A stretch of 64,000 bases of DNA from Trichoplax adhaerens. Taxonomy: Eukaryota; Animalia; Placozoa. The notes below the pieces were generated by a model. That model saw nothing but the letters and a program-made list of their open reading frames with translations, made no database searches and was not told where the DNA came from. Shown here in pieces: positions 50,588-64,000 of the stretch (the stretch's first letter is position 1; each line of letters begins with the position of its first letter). The stretch spans positions 110,908 to 174,907 of the forward strand of contig NW_002060984.1 in the NCBI RefSeq assembly GCF_000150275.1. The letters run 5' to 3'. The translations under genes and the position numbers were made by a program.

Positions 50588-52950
50588 GCTCTAATGTTAA
50601 TTGAGGCTTTAGCTAATGTATGTCTATAGGATCCATAAAAATACTATAGAAGAGTTATTCTATAAATCTGCGATAAATCCGATTTCAGTAGTTTGATGTG
50701 GATTTAATATAATGCAAGCATCAATGCCATCAACTCTAGGAATTGGCAATCTAATTGAAGAAAGAAAACAACCACAATAATGTCGCCATGTTTCAAAATA
50801 ATTTAAAATCATAAGATGAATTAGGATAAATAAATAGACTGCAGCAATATATATGACAATTTTTCTACTATAAAATTTGTATTTCTACCCTGCTATCTAA
50901 ATACTCAATATCTAATATCTGCGTACTCGTATTACAGCGAAGAAATTTGCAGTAATCTTGCGATTGCCATTGAATTTGAGAAGCTAAACATTTCGTGAAT
51001 TTTAGCAACAGTTTGTTATTGTTCAGTGCATAAGCCTATAAATGATAATTAGTATACACTAAAAAGGAGTGAAGAACATTGTAGCTGAGAGTAATCGAAA
51101 CTAACCCAAGAAAGTAGTGCATAATTAGCAAAGATCCTTAATTAATTTGACCCATAGAACGAAGATGAACTTTCTATTAATATTAATATTACATCGCTTA
51201 GATATAATATTACTGTGATGCGTAATGTACTACTTTATGGTTTGATTTAAGAATATTCTAATTCTTGATGACGTGAATAGGATATACGAACCATGGTAAT
51301 GCATTCACAGTAATACTTTATTTAGCAGATTTATTAGCTTAACTAATAAAATAAAAACGAATCTTTTGGAAAAACTACAACAATGGACATTTAACGTATT
51401 CGTTCATAGCTGGGTTTTACCAAATGGTAATACTGCTCTAATAAATTTCTGGTGGCATAGAGCCTGATCCAATCCTTGAAGAAAAGAATTCACATCAATC
51501 AGCCTTCTTTATTTTTATTCTGCAATAAAATAACGGGTTAATTAATTAAGTTCATTAGATACTGCGCGTGTAGTGAAATAACGAAATATATTAGCATTGA
51601 CATTGGTTCATTAATTGAGATATATGATCTGAATATTCCAGTATTTTAGTAAAACACTTGGATCGTGATTTACTGAATTAACTACAGGTAATTAATGCAC
51701 TCCAGTTTAAAATCCATTTTTTTATTCTTGTAACCTAAGACAAGGAGCGTTATTCAATATTGAATTAGCTTAAGGAATTTTCCGTTTTTTTGAGTTCAAA
51801 TAAAGTTATGGACATGCAGTACTATATAATCTTGGACATCGTACGCGAGGATTGTTGCATATAATTCTTAGACATAAATGTATTATACCGTCAATTTAAG
51901 CTTATTCACAAATCTGATTAGTGACTTACATTATCCAATTTATGGCTTAGTTTTAATACGACAACCTAATACATAATAAATAAATATGAATTTGCCTGGT
52001 TTTTTTTAATTTCAACCTTGTAATGCACGAAGTCACATACGTGTATGGTATTTGTAAGAGTGAAATCGTGCATTTCCGTATTATTAATAATTTTGAAAAT
52101 TTATCCCCACGAAACTCATAATACAATTTGCCTAAAAGCTAAGAAGTATTATAACAGGAATCAGTGAGATCTTATAACAGCATGCCTGAATGATCATACT
52201 ACAACTCGCAACCTTCACTGCTAGACTTTTGCTAAACCAATAATAATTTATAAGGTATGAGAAGGTTAATTCGATTTATTCCTTTAACTATTACAGGTTA
52301 ATTTTCGGCATTTTGCTCATTGCACATTATACGAATGCTATTAGCAATCTTACGGATTGTCATGATTACTTGATTTTTGCTTAATCTAAAATATCAAGTA
52401 ATACTTTTTAGCTTTCTATCAGGGTATAACTCATTACAGTACAAAGTAATCTGGACATACTGAAATAATCTTTTTGATTTGTATTTGACAAATTCTAAAA
52501 AAGCTTTCAATGTTCTATGATAGCATTTCGCCACTTAAGAAGACGAAATTACGGTATCACAATGAATAGAATCGCTCCATTATTAATGACTTAATTATTA
52601 ATTGTAATAGATAAGACAAGTGGCAGATTTCATTCTTAAGTAAGGGCAATGGAAATTACAGTTGTATCAACTTAACTGTATGGTGGCCTTCTCTGAAAAT
52701 GAAAAAGAAATGCTTTACTCAAAACTTTGGATGCGATTAGCAGCTGCATGGAACGATGTCCATAAAAATCGGTAATTATAATCTTTCAAACATGGTAAAA
52801 ATGCTAACTATTATCATAGCACTGACCAAACATATCTTTCCTTAGTCACTTTTCTTCTTATATTTACAGGCTGAAAGAACTCATACTATGAAACATTAGC
52901 AGCGTAACATATTTTACTAATTGAAAAGAAAACTGAGGTTATTCTATAAG

Positions 52951-55883
52951 GTAATAAGGCTAAGAAACAACGTTGTGAAACGGAAGCAAATTCATTTTAC
53001 TGTATATGTGATTCGTATACCTCTGTATCATTTCGATGCCACCTAACACCGAAAGTAATAGAATTATATTTCTACCACTTTAAATTTAAGATTAACAGTC
53101 AAGATAAGATTTGGGCACCTATTATTTGCTGTAAAGGATGTGATAGCTCTGAGATAGTGCTATTCGAAGGAAAGAAATTCTAGGCCATTTGCCATTCCTA
53201 TGATGTGGCTTACTCCCAACAATCATCCTAACGATTGCTATTTTGGGAAGGCAAATATTCCTGGCTGCCCAGACACGATTAATAACAATTTTACGTATCC
53301 TAGTGCAACATCAGGCATCTTACCGACACCGCTTGGCGATAGTATTTCCGTACCAAAACCGTCAACTAGCCAAAATTTACTAGCCTTACGTGATGGTAGC
53401 AGTCTTAATTTTCAAGCTTCCACGGAGGTATTGAAAGCAAATAATTCTAGCAATGAGCAAACAAAATCTGAAGTCAGTTGCAATAGCAATGAAGTTGTTG
53501 ATGGCGAAAATGTTAGTAATAACTGGCTCATCGTAGACCATCATCAAGTATTTAACCAAAAATCTTAAGAAAATGAAAGTCACCTCAATACTGTTCATTC
53601 TATCGTAAGTAATTATAAAGACAGATACAAAGACTTCCATGAAGACCTTAGTAGAGCTGTTGTAAACAGATACTTTCGAGAACTATATTATTAACGACTT
53701 TAGAATGGCAGTCATCAAAAGTAATAGCAATAATGAAGTTAACAGTGTAAATCTAAAGATCATCGATGATGATAACCAAGATTCACAAGATCTTGATTAT
53801 CTACAATCCAAGCATATCTTCGACGATAATTATATCATACAAAGTTTTCATAGCCAGTCTAGTTCTGAGCACGATTCTAATCATATCCAAGACATAACCA
53901 TAAAGGGCAGTGATCACTCAGATGATGTCTATGTTAAAGATATTAATAGCAATCATGATAATAGCTTTTGATAATAGCTTGACTAATAAGAATGAGTTTA
54001 ACGCTACGAACAATAATCAAACTGAAATAAAATCTGATAGTAGCAGTAAGCAAGTAATACAAGCTTTACCTATTTATCCTGATAATAACCTCATTAGCAT
54101 CAGTAAAGGTCATAAAAATGCTGTAAAAAGGAGTCGTTGGAAAACTAGGCGGACATCTAATTCTGGTCATGTTCCATTCAATAGTACTAATGGCCCGCCT
54201 CTAAACTGTAAAACAAATCCTAACTATTTTTGTTACATTTGCAGATCATATATGACAAGTAATCAGAAAAGAAACCTATGTACTTCTACCAAGCAACTGT
54301 ATTTTGACTATTTTGGATTTAAAGTAAGCCATCGATGTAAAAGTTGGGAACCGTGATATTGCTGTTCAACTTGCAATACTAGATTACATCAGTGGCACAA
54401 TCGAAGACGAAGCTCTAAGCTATTTGCTATATCTATGATTTGGTCGAAGCCCAAAAATCATCCAGTAGATTGTTATTTTTGCCAAACAAACATCAATGGT
54501 TATTCCACAAAAACGAGAAAAAACATTAAATATTCAACAGGTACATCAGCATTTCGACCAATAACACATAGCAGTAAATTTCCTATTCCCATTCCACCTG
54601 GTATGCAAAAAGAGATGTCTAATGATAATAACACTACTGATGACCAAAGCATGCTGAAAAGGACGATATCCATGATAAGGATTACTAATACAACAGTTCC
54701 CAGGATAAGGACCGCACATCACACCTTATTACTGAAGGTGAACTGAATGACTTGGTAAGAGATCTAATTATGAGCAAATCACAATCCGAACTATTAAGTT
54801 CAAGACTAAAGTAATGGAATCTGCTTGAAATTAGTGTTAAAATTACCTTATTCCGAGAAAGAAATATGGTTCTAGCAAATTATTTTAAGATAGTAAGATC
54901 ATTTTGTTACTTCTATGATATTTACGGATTATTTGGCAGATTCAATCAAGATCATTAACCATCGGATTGGAGATTATTTATTGATTCAACGAGATATAGT
55001 TTAAAGGCGGTACTTCTCCACAATGGCAATAAATATCCTTCTGTACCGATTGGATATTCTGTCACATTGCAGGAAATATACGAAAATTTGGCAATTCTCT
55101 TACGTGCAATAGACTTCGAGCAACATCAATGGCATACTTGTTGTGATTTTTACATTACTACACCACTACTTGGAATGCAAACCTGATTTACAAGGCACAG
55201 TTGCTTCCTCTGTCTATGGGATAGCCGCGAGGTAAGTGCTCACTACATTAGGAAAAATTGGACGCCACGCTTGCATCTTATTCCTGGTTACAACAATGTT
55301 ATACATCCACCATTAATAAAAGTCAAAAATATCTATTTACCCCCTCTTCATATCAAGCTAGGTTGATGCAGACTTTCCTTAAAGCATTGAATACAAATAA
55401 CAGGGTTTAATTTATTTATCAAAAAAATTTCCATCGCTTAGTTACGATAGACTATTTCAAGGGAGTTTTATGGGCCCGCAAATTAGAGATCTTATGGAGG
55501 ATGATAAATTTAAAGAAGTGTTGGAACGTAATGAATTGCAAGCTTGGAATTCCTTGAAATCAGTTTGCAATAATTTTCTCGGCAATCATAGAGCCAAAAA
55601 TTATAAGGAACTGGTGAATTCACGGTTGTCAACTTACCATAGTTTAGGATGCCGAATGACGCTTAAAGTTCACTTTTTACATTCTCACCTTGATTTTTTC
55701 CCTCCTAACCTTGGCGATATTAGTGACGAACACGGAGAAAGATTCCATCAAGACATCGCAAGAATAGAGAAAATTTATCAGGGTAAAGTCAGTCCTTCTA
55801 TGATGGGTGAATATTGCTGGATGCTCCAACGTGATGTTCCTAGTGCTACCTATAAGAAAAAGGCGAAGAAAGCTCATTTCTAG
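52951..55883 (+). pseudogene. Decayed Chapaev3-type (CMC superfamily) transposase with a duplicated N-terminal Cys-rich domain
   Basis: Motifs across frames: FCYIC, KSWEP*YCCSTC, MIWSKPKNHPVDCYFC, ELNDLVRDL..SK..SELLSSRLK*WNLL, WRLFIDS...SLKAVLLHNGNKYPSVPIG, CFLCLWDSR, PLHIKLG, GPQIRDLM and KVHFLHSHLDFFPPNLGDISDEHGERFHQDI..YQG..MMGEYCW. There are several in-frame stops and frameshifts. The family was assigned from remembered motifs, not from a search. Confidence 0.8.
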
Positions 55884-58045
55884 AAAATAGATACATCCAA
55901 ACTTATCAATAAACTAGTTACTGATAAATAATCATATATTATTTAACTATAATTTTTAGGCGTTAAATTCTAATATTATCTAACTAAAGATACAATTTTG
56001 ATACACTAAAATTGTCTGTATATAAATTAAGATATCAATATCAAAAATTGCTCTGCTAGATTAAGTATTTGGTACGATACCGTAATAGTTTAAACAAAAA
56101 TGTTGGCTATGCACCAGTCTGTAGCTTATTAATCTATGTTTTATAAGTGTTTATGATTTTAGTAATTACTAGTAAATAATATGATATTAATTACCGTACT
56201 ATATCTTTGCTACCTCAGTTTAGGAGAGACTTTGAGTGAAGAAGTAACGCAGAAATATATGGCTACAGAAGTTATTTTACCTATGCTCGTTAAATTTTAC
56301 TAATTGTTAATATTTAAGGAAGGTGATTACTGGACTTGAGTACTATTAGTTGAAATGTAAAAATTATCGTGTTAGTAGCAGCTGCTGATAAATATTACTA
56401 TACTATTCGAGCACTAGCATTTCGGTCACGCGGTGTATTATCCAAATTGTGCGTGTCTTGCTGCTACTAATCTGGTGTTCAATATTAAATCAAGCTGCAA
56501 AAGACTTTATTTTTCAGTACGGAATTTGCTTGCCTAAAAGTGTAGACGGAATATAACTTTTCTACCTCAACTAGTTAAATTTAACATTGTACGTATAACA
56601 AATAATAATATCATTTTGGAAGTGCGATATTTAATAGTTTTAGGTATCTTCTATCAGTCTTATTAGTAAGTCAGTAGGAAACTTCTATAATTTCAGACTT
56701 TTTCTTTTCATTGCCTGTTAAATGGAATTATATACAATGGGAAAATAATGATCAAATTCTTGAAAGTTGTTATTAATAATTAATCATTAAGCTATTGCTA
56801 AAAATTCCAAATTTTTCTTTCAGTTATAGCTACAGGTACAGTTGAAACTATTAACTAATTAAACTCAATATTTTAGCAATGCTTGAGATTAAACTACATT
56901 TGATTAGTGTATGAAATTATATGGTCTTATCGGATCTCTATTTCACTGTTATAACTCATGATTCCAATGAACATCTACTTTTTTTACGCAATATAGTAAA
57001 AAAACTGAAGTTTGATAGTTAATAGTGTTACAATATAGTTAAATAGTTGAAATTTGATAGTTTGTAGGCTTACTTTAGCACTTGCACTTCGTCTTCTCGA
57101 TCTTTGTACTCTGTCAATTTTGGTATTTAGAGGCCCTTTTCCTTAGATCCTAGTCAAGTTCTTCCATGAAATCTAACCGTAATACATTTTGTTTTAAAAC
57201 AATTTCTTATAATTCTGAAATATAATCCGCTTTTAGTCGAATCGGGAACTATCAGTAGTATTAAATGCTAAAAGATTTTGGGACCGATGCCACCGGTACT
57301 TTCATTTGATTATTATGTTCATGTCATGGTATTTATTGCAGATGCAATGACTAGCATTAGCACAAATTATTAAGATTGAGAAGTGGTTCTTTATATGGTA
57401 TAATTCCCTTAAATTGGTAATTCGTACTTGAAAAAGGTTGCATAAAATAGACCATATTGAAGGCTTGTAAGCTAAGCTAGAGGAAGAAAGGGCTAGCAAG
57501 AACATGGAGTTTTACTTATCTTAGATTTTATTTTATTACTTGTTAGTAAATAGCCGGTTTTGATTTAGTTTTGAGTGCAGTTACTCATTTGTGGCTTCTA
57601 ATTTTCCTAACTAATTAAATTGAATAAATTCATGGATCTATAAGTCTGGCTACTATTGATTACTACATCTCAAAACCGATTATTACAATCTAGTGTCAAG
57701 TCTAAGTAAAGAATAAACATTGTCAAGAATCAATTGATAAGTATACTTTTAAGCTGACAGCTTCAGACTATTACTAAACTCAATTTTGAAATTTAAGTAA
57801 AAAATTAAAATATTTACCTTTCTAGGCTACGTTAGAATATAATTTTTCTGTAAACCTCTCGTATTTAATTCAGTATCACCTCGTTCTTATACACTACAGC
57901 TATGTTGTAGTGTATTTATACTTCACTGTAGTCTTTAGCATATTCTTAAATATAGACATTTTGTATTGTACTGAATATAGATAGCTTTACAATCTATTTC
58001 TACTATACTCAAATACAGCTAGTTATGTTTAGTTATTTATAGCAC

Positions 58046-58665
58046 TGTCACAACCACGTTTTTGTGACACAGGATCTCTACTTATCGTGTAAAACTTAGC
58101 TAAGTACGGCACAATCCCGACACTGAACAAGTGCTACTGGAACTACGCTTCCTATTAGAACACTAACTTCTCGGGTGTGGGACTACACTTCTTTGACCAT
58201 CACTAGGTTACTCGATTACACAAGCAGTTAAGCTTAGGCTTTTGAACAGATAACTATCACTACAGTTTACTCTCTTCTATGCCTTTCTCCTCGTCCACAT
58301 TACATCATAGTTAGCCTTTATATACTTTCTAAGATATTTACTATTTACATTAATCTCACGTAGGAGATCTCACAACCATAACCTCCTATCCAGTAATAAT
58401 CTTACAACACGACTACAAATCGTGTCAGCATAAACAACTCTCTAACACAAAGGTTGCACATCATCAAGATTTATATTTCCCTAGTCTATCCTCCTATTCG
58501 AATACATACAAAATAACTAAGGACAGTTGATCATCAAAACACCTTACTAACAAACACCATAACACATCAATTTCCATCAATAACAAACACCATAACACTT
58601 CAATTTCTATCAATAACAAACACCATAACACTTCTAACTCATCACGACAAAAAGGTACCGTGACA
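58046..58665 (-). mobile_element. Solo-LTR-like element (620 bp) containing a 33-bp tandem repeat
   Basis: Termini TGTCACA...GTACCGTGACA, the latter being the reverse complement of the TGTCACGGTAC start at 8714. Perfect TSD AGCAC. Confidence 0.8.
58548..58634. repeat. 33-bp tandem repeat, about 2.6 copies
   Basis: Unit TAACAAACACCATAACAC(A/T)TCAATTTC(C/T)ATCAA. Confidence 0.85.
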
Positions 58666-60559
58666 AGCACCTACAGTCTTCGCTGCTTTCTACAATCATT
58701 TACTATTACTCTGTCTGTTTATGATAAATATCTTATCAAATTCTGCAATCCTGTTCTCTGCGTGTATTCTATCTCTTAATCTATAAATACTGATGATTTT
58801 TGCCTCAGATTTGTCAGTTGCACTAGTCGCAGTAGTAGTACTTCCTCACCTTATTTTACGACAGCTTACACGCTAATCTATCGTCACTACCGCATTGTAC
58901 CTCCATTACTATCTACAATAAAGTATCCACTTTTTATTAAAACCCCTAACATAATTTCCGTGCATGGCTACTAAGTCCGCAGCCGCCGACTCTTCGAACC
59001 CTGTATCACAATATCACCTCGAGATTGATTATTTTCGTACGTTTTCTTAATAAATTATGGGTAGACTAACATACTTAAGGCGTAAATTGTCGTCAGGCAA
59101 TAAACTGCCAGTTATTGTCACTCCTAGTAGGTAAAATATTTATTTGTTGGGAAAATACTTGATTGTGTTAATTAATAATAGCAGGACCAAGGCTGTACCA
59201 TAATATGTGAAGATATTTATGTCTAGGCATGATTTATGTGATGTTTCACAATTTGTATTGACTTTGGAATTTAGATGCTGTAGGAGGATAAGATCTGCTA
59301 TGTCAGGATAAATATTCGCGACGCAGCAATAATTAATGTAGCTATATAAGTAGGCTAAAGAGTGCTAAATAGTGCTTGATTTAGAAGGTCGACTAGTCCT
59401 ACAACCCGTTACGCTGCTGACAGACTATGACTCATAACGCTGTCTATATTACTCCTGCAAATACGTATATTGTTATGTTACTAATGTTCATACTGAATGT
59501 AACAAGGGGATCGCAAATCTTAAAAACTAATAACCTTAATACTTAGACTAAAGGAACGCTATTTGGTCTCAATACCGTAGTGTAACTCTAACAATAATCT
59601 AAAAGGATACTCTCTAGTAAATTTCAAGAAGCCTATCGAACGATCAGGATAGTAAATGTTAACGAATTTGTAACTAAATCCTTTTTAAGGTAGAGAAATA
59701 AAATTCTATAACTAAACGACCGACAGGCCTTCTAGCTCATTACGAGATTACGATTTGATTAGTCTAATTAAGTATAGTTACGTTTCTTTACCAGCTATTG
59801 AAATCAAGCCTTGCAAACCTTACTCATTCAAATTGAAAGATCGCTAAGTACCTGGTGGAAAGTCCAGATAACCTTAATTGAAAGACTCAGAATTTTACCA
59901 ATGCTGCTGTTGCCATGCCATATCATGGTAGCAAATGCTGTANNNNNNNNNNNNNNNNNNNNNNNNNNNNNNNNNNNNNNNNNNNNNNNNNNNNNNNNNN
60001 NNNNNNNNNNNNNNNNNNNNNNNNNNNNNNNNNNNNNNNNNNNNNNNNNNNNNNNNNNNNNNNNNNNNNNNNNNNNNNNNNNNNNNNNNNNNNNNNNNNN
60101 NNNNNNNNNNNNNNNNNNNNNNNNNNNNNNNNNNNNNNNNNNNNNNNNNNNNNNNTAGAAGATGGTTTTTGGCACGAAAGTAACTTTAATTTAGGAATAG
60201 GTAGGTTAGAATATTAGTTGCGAAATAGTTTAATCAAGGTGCATTAATTTTTTTATAGCGTTAGAAACATGAAGTTCAATTTCTAAACAGACGAAATGTT
60301 TTATTACGATAGCCTTATGCACGTTTATGAAAATGGGTTCAGGAGTGAATTAGTTTAATACTAACGAAGAAATGTTAAATGCATTTGATTATACCGTAAT
60401 TTAAATCGGTATAAATGAAGTAAAATAAAGAGCTGCATATGGAGTTCTTTAAGGTCTTTTAGAATGAAAAGACGGTTCACTTTACGATAGAAATAGTATT
60501 TATGTTACGGCTAAAACCCATCTCGAGGCGATACACCGCCGTCTTTTCTTCTTTATTTT

Positions 60560-60900
60560 CATAAGATTTTATATAGATTACTATAAAAAGGTTAACTATA
60601 TTCTTTTTAATAGGTACCGTATGATTTTTAAGATTGTACACTCTAACAATATTATCTCTTGCATTGCACCAGCCGACTCAGATTATGTACGCCAGAATGT
60701 GAGCAATTGCTTAATCTAACGAAAGGGTGTTTGATGGCTTTTCTGGATTGAAATTTAAAAACTGTAGCAAAACCCTACTCTCTAAGAAAAGGTTTTATAA
60801 TGCGTTAGAACAGGGCCATACTGTACGTATATTTTCTGTATTGAAATATCGACTGTTAACGTTCGTGCCACAATCCGCTTTAGCAGTCGTATAAGATTTT
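60560..60900. repeat. Old dispersed repeat; partner at ~47685-47960
   Basis: Same shared blocks, with about 100 bp of extra sequence in this copy. Confidence 0.55.
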
Positions 60901-61364
60901 TTATTAAGAGCTGTTAAACTATTAAAGAAAATTTCATTAGGAATATGCGATAGCAAAGATTGATGTATAACTTTATAGGATAGTAGGCTTAAAGCAGGAT
61001 TAGGGTTAGCTAGGCTTAGATATATAGAGCATAAAAATTTCATATACTTACTTAAATATTTTGCATATGCATTCGTATACGACATCATTAGTTACGATTA
61101 CAGTATGATAGATAATAAGGTCTAAGCAATGAGAGCATACCATGTAAAAGGTAACTAAGATGTAACATTATTCAGAAGGTTAAGAGAAACCTCATCCTTA
61201 TTGAACTTATGGTATTGCAGAAATTAAATTGCGCAATTTTAAATCCACAAACCTGATTAAAATCATCTACAAAATTGGAGAATAATTCATGGCGTCATTC
61301 TAGTGTAGTTAATTTGATCAGTGTACGTCATTATTTTATTCATCTTCGCGAATCGATGAATCGT

Positions 61365-61500
61365 AAATCATGATCAATGATCATGATCAAGATCTAGCGA
61401 TCACAGCATGTACATGTACACTGTATGTATATACACGTACATGTACACTGTACGTACATGTACAATGGAGACATGCTGATTTATATCATGAACATGATGA
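61365..61500. repeat. Cluster of short palindromes (TGATCA, ACATGT, TGTACA)
   Basis: atcatgatcaatgatcatgatcaagatc...catgtacatgtacactgt...acatgtacactgtacgtacatgtaca. Confidence 0.7.
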
Positions 61501-63435
61501 TTTAAATATTTGACATTAAATATGGTGTTGAAAAAGATAATTTTAGATACTTTAAATATAAAATTAGGGAGACGATATATGCGGTCTAAAATTTGAAATC
61601 TTGTTGGTATAATATCTAAGCTGATGTTTCGTCAAGTGCTAAATCTATAGTGACAATGCTACTTGGCTTAATCAGTCAATACATGCACATGAATAGATTA
61701 GCAGTTTTAGTGATGAATGTATATCTGAAATGACAATGTAAAGCAGTTTTACAGTGTGGCAGTGCAATTTGAAATGGCACTGTTATATCCATTTCTACTT
61801 GTATTCATAATATCTTGATAGAGATAATAAGATCTGATTTTCCGATGTAAAAATAACGTAAGCTGGACTGTTGCTTCTATTCTATGAACAGATTTTGTTT
61901 CATCCTCCTTTTGAGTTATTAACTGTCGGATTGAACAAATCATTGTCATCAATATTAGAAACAATACACAAATATAATCAATTTAGTCAATATCATAGGG
62001 TATTGCATGCGTATATATCTTCGACATTTGTTCTAATAATTTTTTATTATTCTTACACATAAAATAACAAAGGCTTCCTATATTCAAATTGAAAAATGTT
62101 ATTGGTGCCTTTATAAATTGCTATCGTAAACCATAATGATGTTCAATAAAAGATGAAAGACAACTTTTCAAAAAATAAGTTTTTTTGGACTACATTTTCT
62201 CTTGAGTTGATTACGACTATAAACTTATCGTACGTAAATACGGTAAGTATAGATTTATATTCAAAATTACAAGTATTCATAGCAACTGTAAACTAAGTTC
62301 GGACTTAGAGATTGTTGAAATTAATTAAATCCAACCGCTGCTGTTTTATCTATTTGTGTCAATATGTGAATAACTTTTGAATTAAAAACAGTCCTCATTG
62401 ACATTAGAATAATATCATAACATGCTTAAACCATAAGGTTATATCAGCAATTACGGCTAGAGAAAGTAATGTATACTATTTTATACAGGTAAAGGATAAC
62501 TGTACGATGAAGTTATTAACTAATTCGAAATAGAACAGAACAAGGAATGGATACACCATTAACTAACTAAACAAGGCAAGTATATTTACCTTGAATTTCA
62601 GGCTAATTTTTATTGGCTCATATCCTTATGTGACAAAGTTGAAAAAGCAATATCATTAAATATAGTTATGATGAAAGCTAAAAGTTAATAAAAGATGAAG
62701 AATAATCAAAGGCAGTAATATATTTAGTATTATAACCTTGACTTGTATACGAATATTATATGGTATTACTTTTAAAAGATTATAAATAGCAGGTTATTTA
62801 ACATAGAAATTATATTAATTTTTTTTTAAGTATGCACTAATAAAATAGTGTCTTAAAGCTATAAATAAGACGTAATAAAAGTAATGCCTATATTTTAGAA
62901 AGTAGTAAAGTACACGGTAACTAGCGATCTCACAATAAGAATCACATTCGCACCTGCAAATGTACCCGTACTATCATCATAAAGTTAACAGATAATAGTA
63001 CAGGTAGACAAATCTTGTATTTATGATGGAAGAATTGTTTTTCAGGCTGATTTATTTATTTAATATCTATATAAGGAAAAAATGTCACCAATGGAACACG
63101 TAATGATGATGATTGTGCCGATAATAATAGTGCTTATCTTTCAATTTAAAGTGTTCCTAGCACTGCAATTCAGCCATTATTAACAGTTATCTTGGTAAAG
63201 GGTAACATAGAAATTAAATCTACACTCNNNNNNNNNNNNNNNNNNNNNNNNNNNNNNNNNNNNNNNNNNNNNNNNNNATATTTTACCGAAACAAAGCATA
63301 GATTTAATGATCGCTAAATAAGTCGGATCCGTATCTATTCACGTATTATATGTTGTTAATACTGATTTAAAAATTATTAAATTTTTGACGATTTGAAATC
63401 CAACCATACGGGAAAGATAAATATATAAATAGTCA

Positions 63436-63605
63436 CACATGATCATCATGAATCTTGAACATGTACATGTTGATTATGATCATGATCATCATGATTATGA
63501 CATGTACATGTTTATGTTGTAACATTGTAAATTTTAAATTTTAAATTTTAAATTAAATAAATTTTAAATTTTAAATAAATTTTGATAACTAAAAATTTTA
63601 ATTTA
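63436..63605. repeat. Second palindrome cluster followed by an (AAATTTT)n tract
   Basis: catgatcatcatg...acatgtacatgt...gatcatgatcatcatg...acatgtacatgt, then taaattttaaattttaaattttaaa. Confidence 0.7.
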
Positions 63606-64000
63606 AGTTCGACGTACCTCGTCATGCGCAAAATAGCTGGCAGGCGATTCAAGATATTTTTATTAATTTTTGTAAATATAAAGACTTTGACAAAGAATTG
63701 TAGATGAGATAAAAATAAAATTTAGCGATCCTCATATATTTCGTCAATCGTGGAAATTTGTATTATAGATCATGAATGGACGCTTTGTATATAAAATATA
63801 CAACAGGAAAAGCAGGCTTGTTAATGTTTTAGATCGTTCGAAGTATTACGCTACGAAATCTACAGCTACGGTATCGTAATCGTTTGAGTAACCTATTAGA
63901 ATTTGCAAGATGCTTTTTTAACATTCTAACGTAGAAAAGTTTTGGTGAATTGTAATATTGATACTCAAACAACTTCAATGATGAAATAAGTATGGCTAAC

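Noticed and set aside
58548-58634. 33-bp repeats as a possible CRISPR-like array
   Set aside because: The units are contiguous with no unique spacers, the context is eukaryotic, and they lie inside an LTR-like element.
59811-60217. ORFs spanning the N run
   Set aside because: Artefacts of translating through an assembly gap; the same applies to 25792-26007.

Overview
AT-rich animal genomic DNA with short GT-AG introns and five assembly gaps. The style is compatible with a placozoan or another early-branching invertebrate, but that is inference only. The left half (about 0.3-30.5 kb, minus strand) holds a tandem family of small type-I membrane proteins that the ORF track misses because the exons are short. 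I rebuilt two complete 7-exon genes, one 5'-incomplete gene and one dead exon by hand. The shared architecture is signal peptide, 31-nt micro-exon, EGF, calcium-binding EGF, a membrane-proximal EGF split by a phase-2 intron between Cys4 and Cys5, TM and a short tail, which is the gene-structure signature of ErbB/EGFR-ligand precursors. The right half (34.6-55.9 kb) holds four consecutive transposase-derived loci from different DDE groups. Three are intact, intronless ORFs with broken catalytic triads: pogo/CENP-B-like, hAT/ZMYM1-like and Tc1-like, all candidate domesticated genes. The fourth is a decayed Chapaev3-type pseudogene with a duplicated N-terminal Cys-rich domain. Many 450-650 bp TGT...ACA elements with 5-bp target-site duplications (probable solo LTRs) are scattered across the window.
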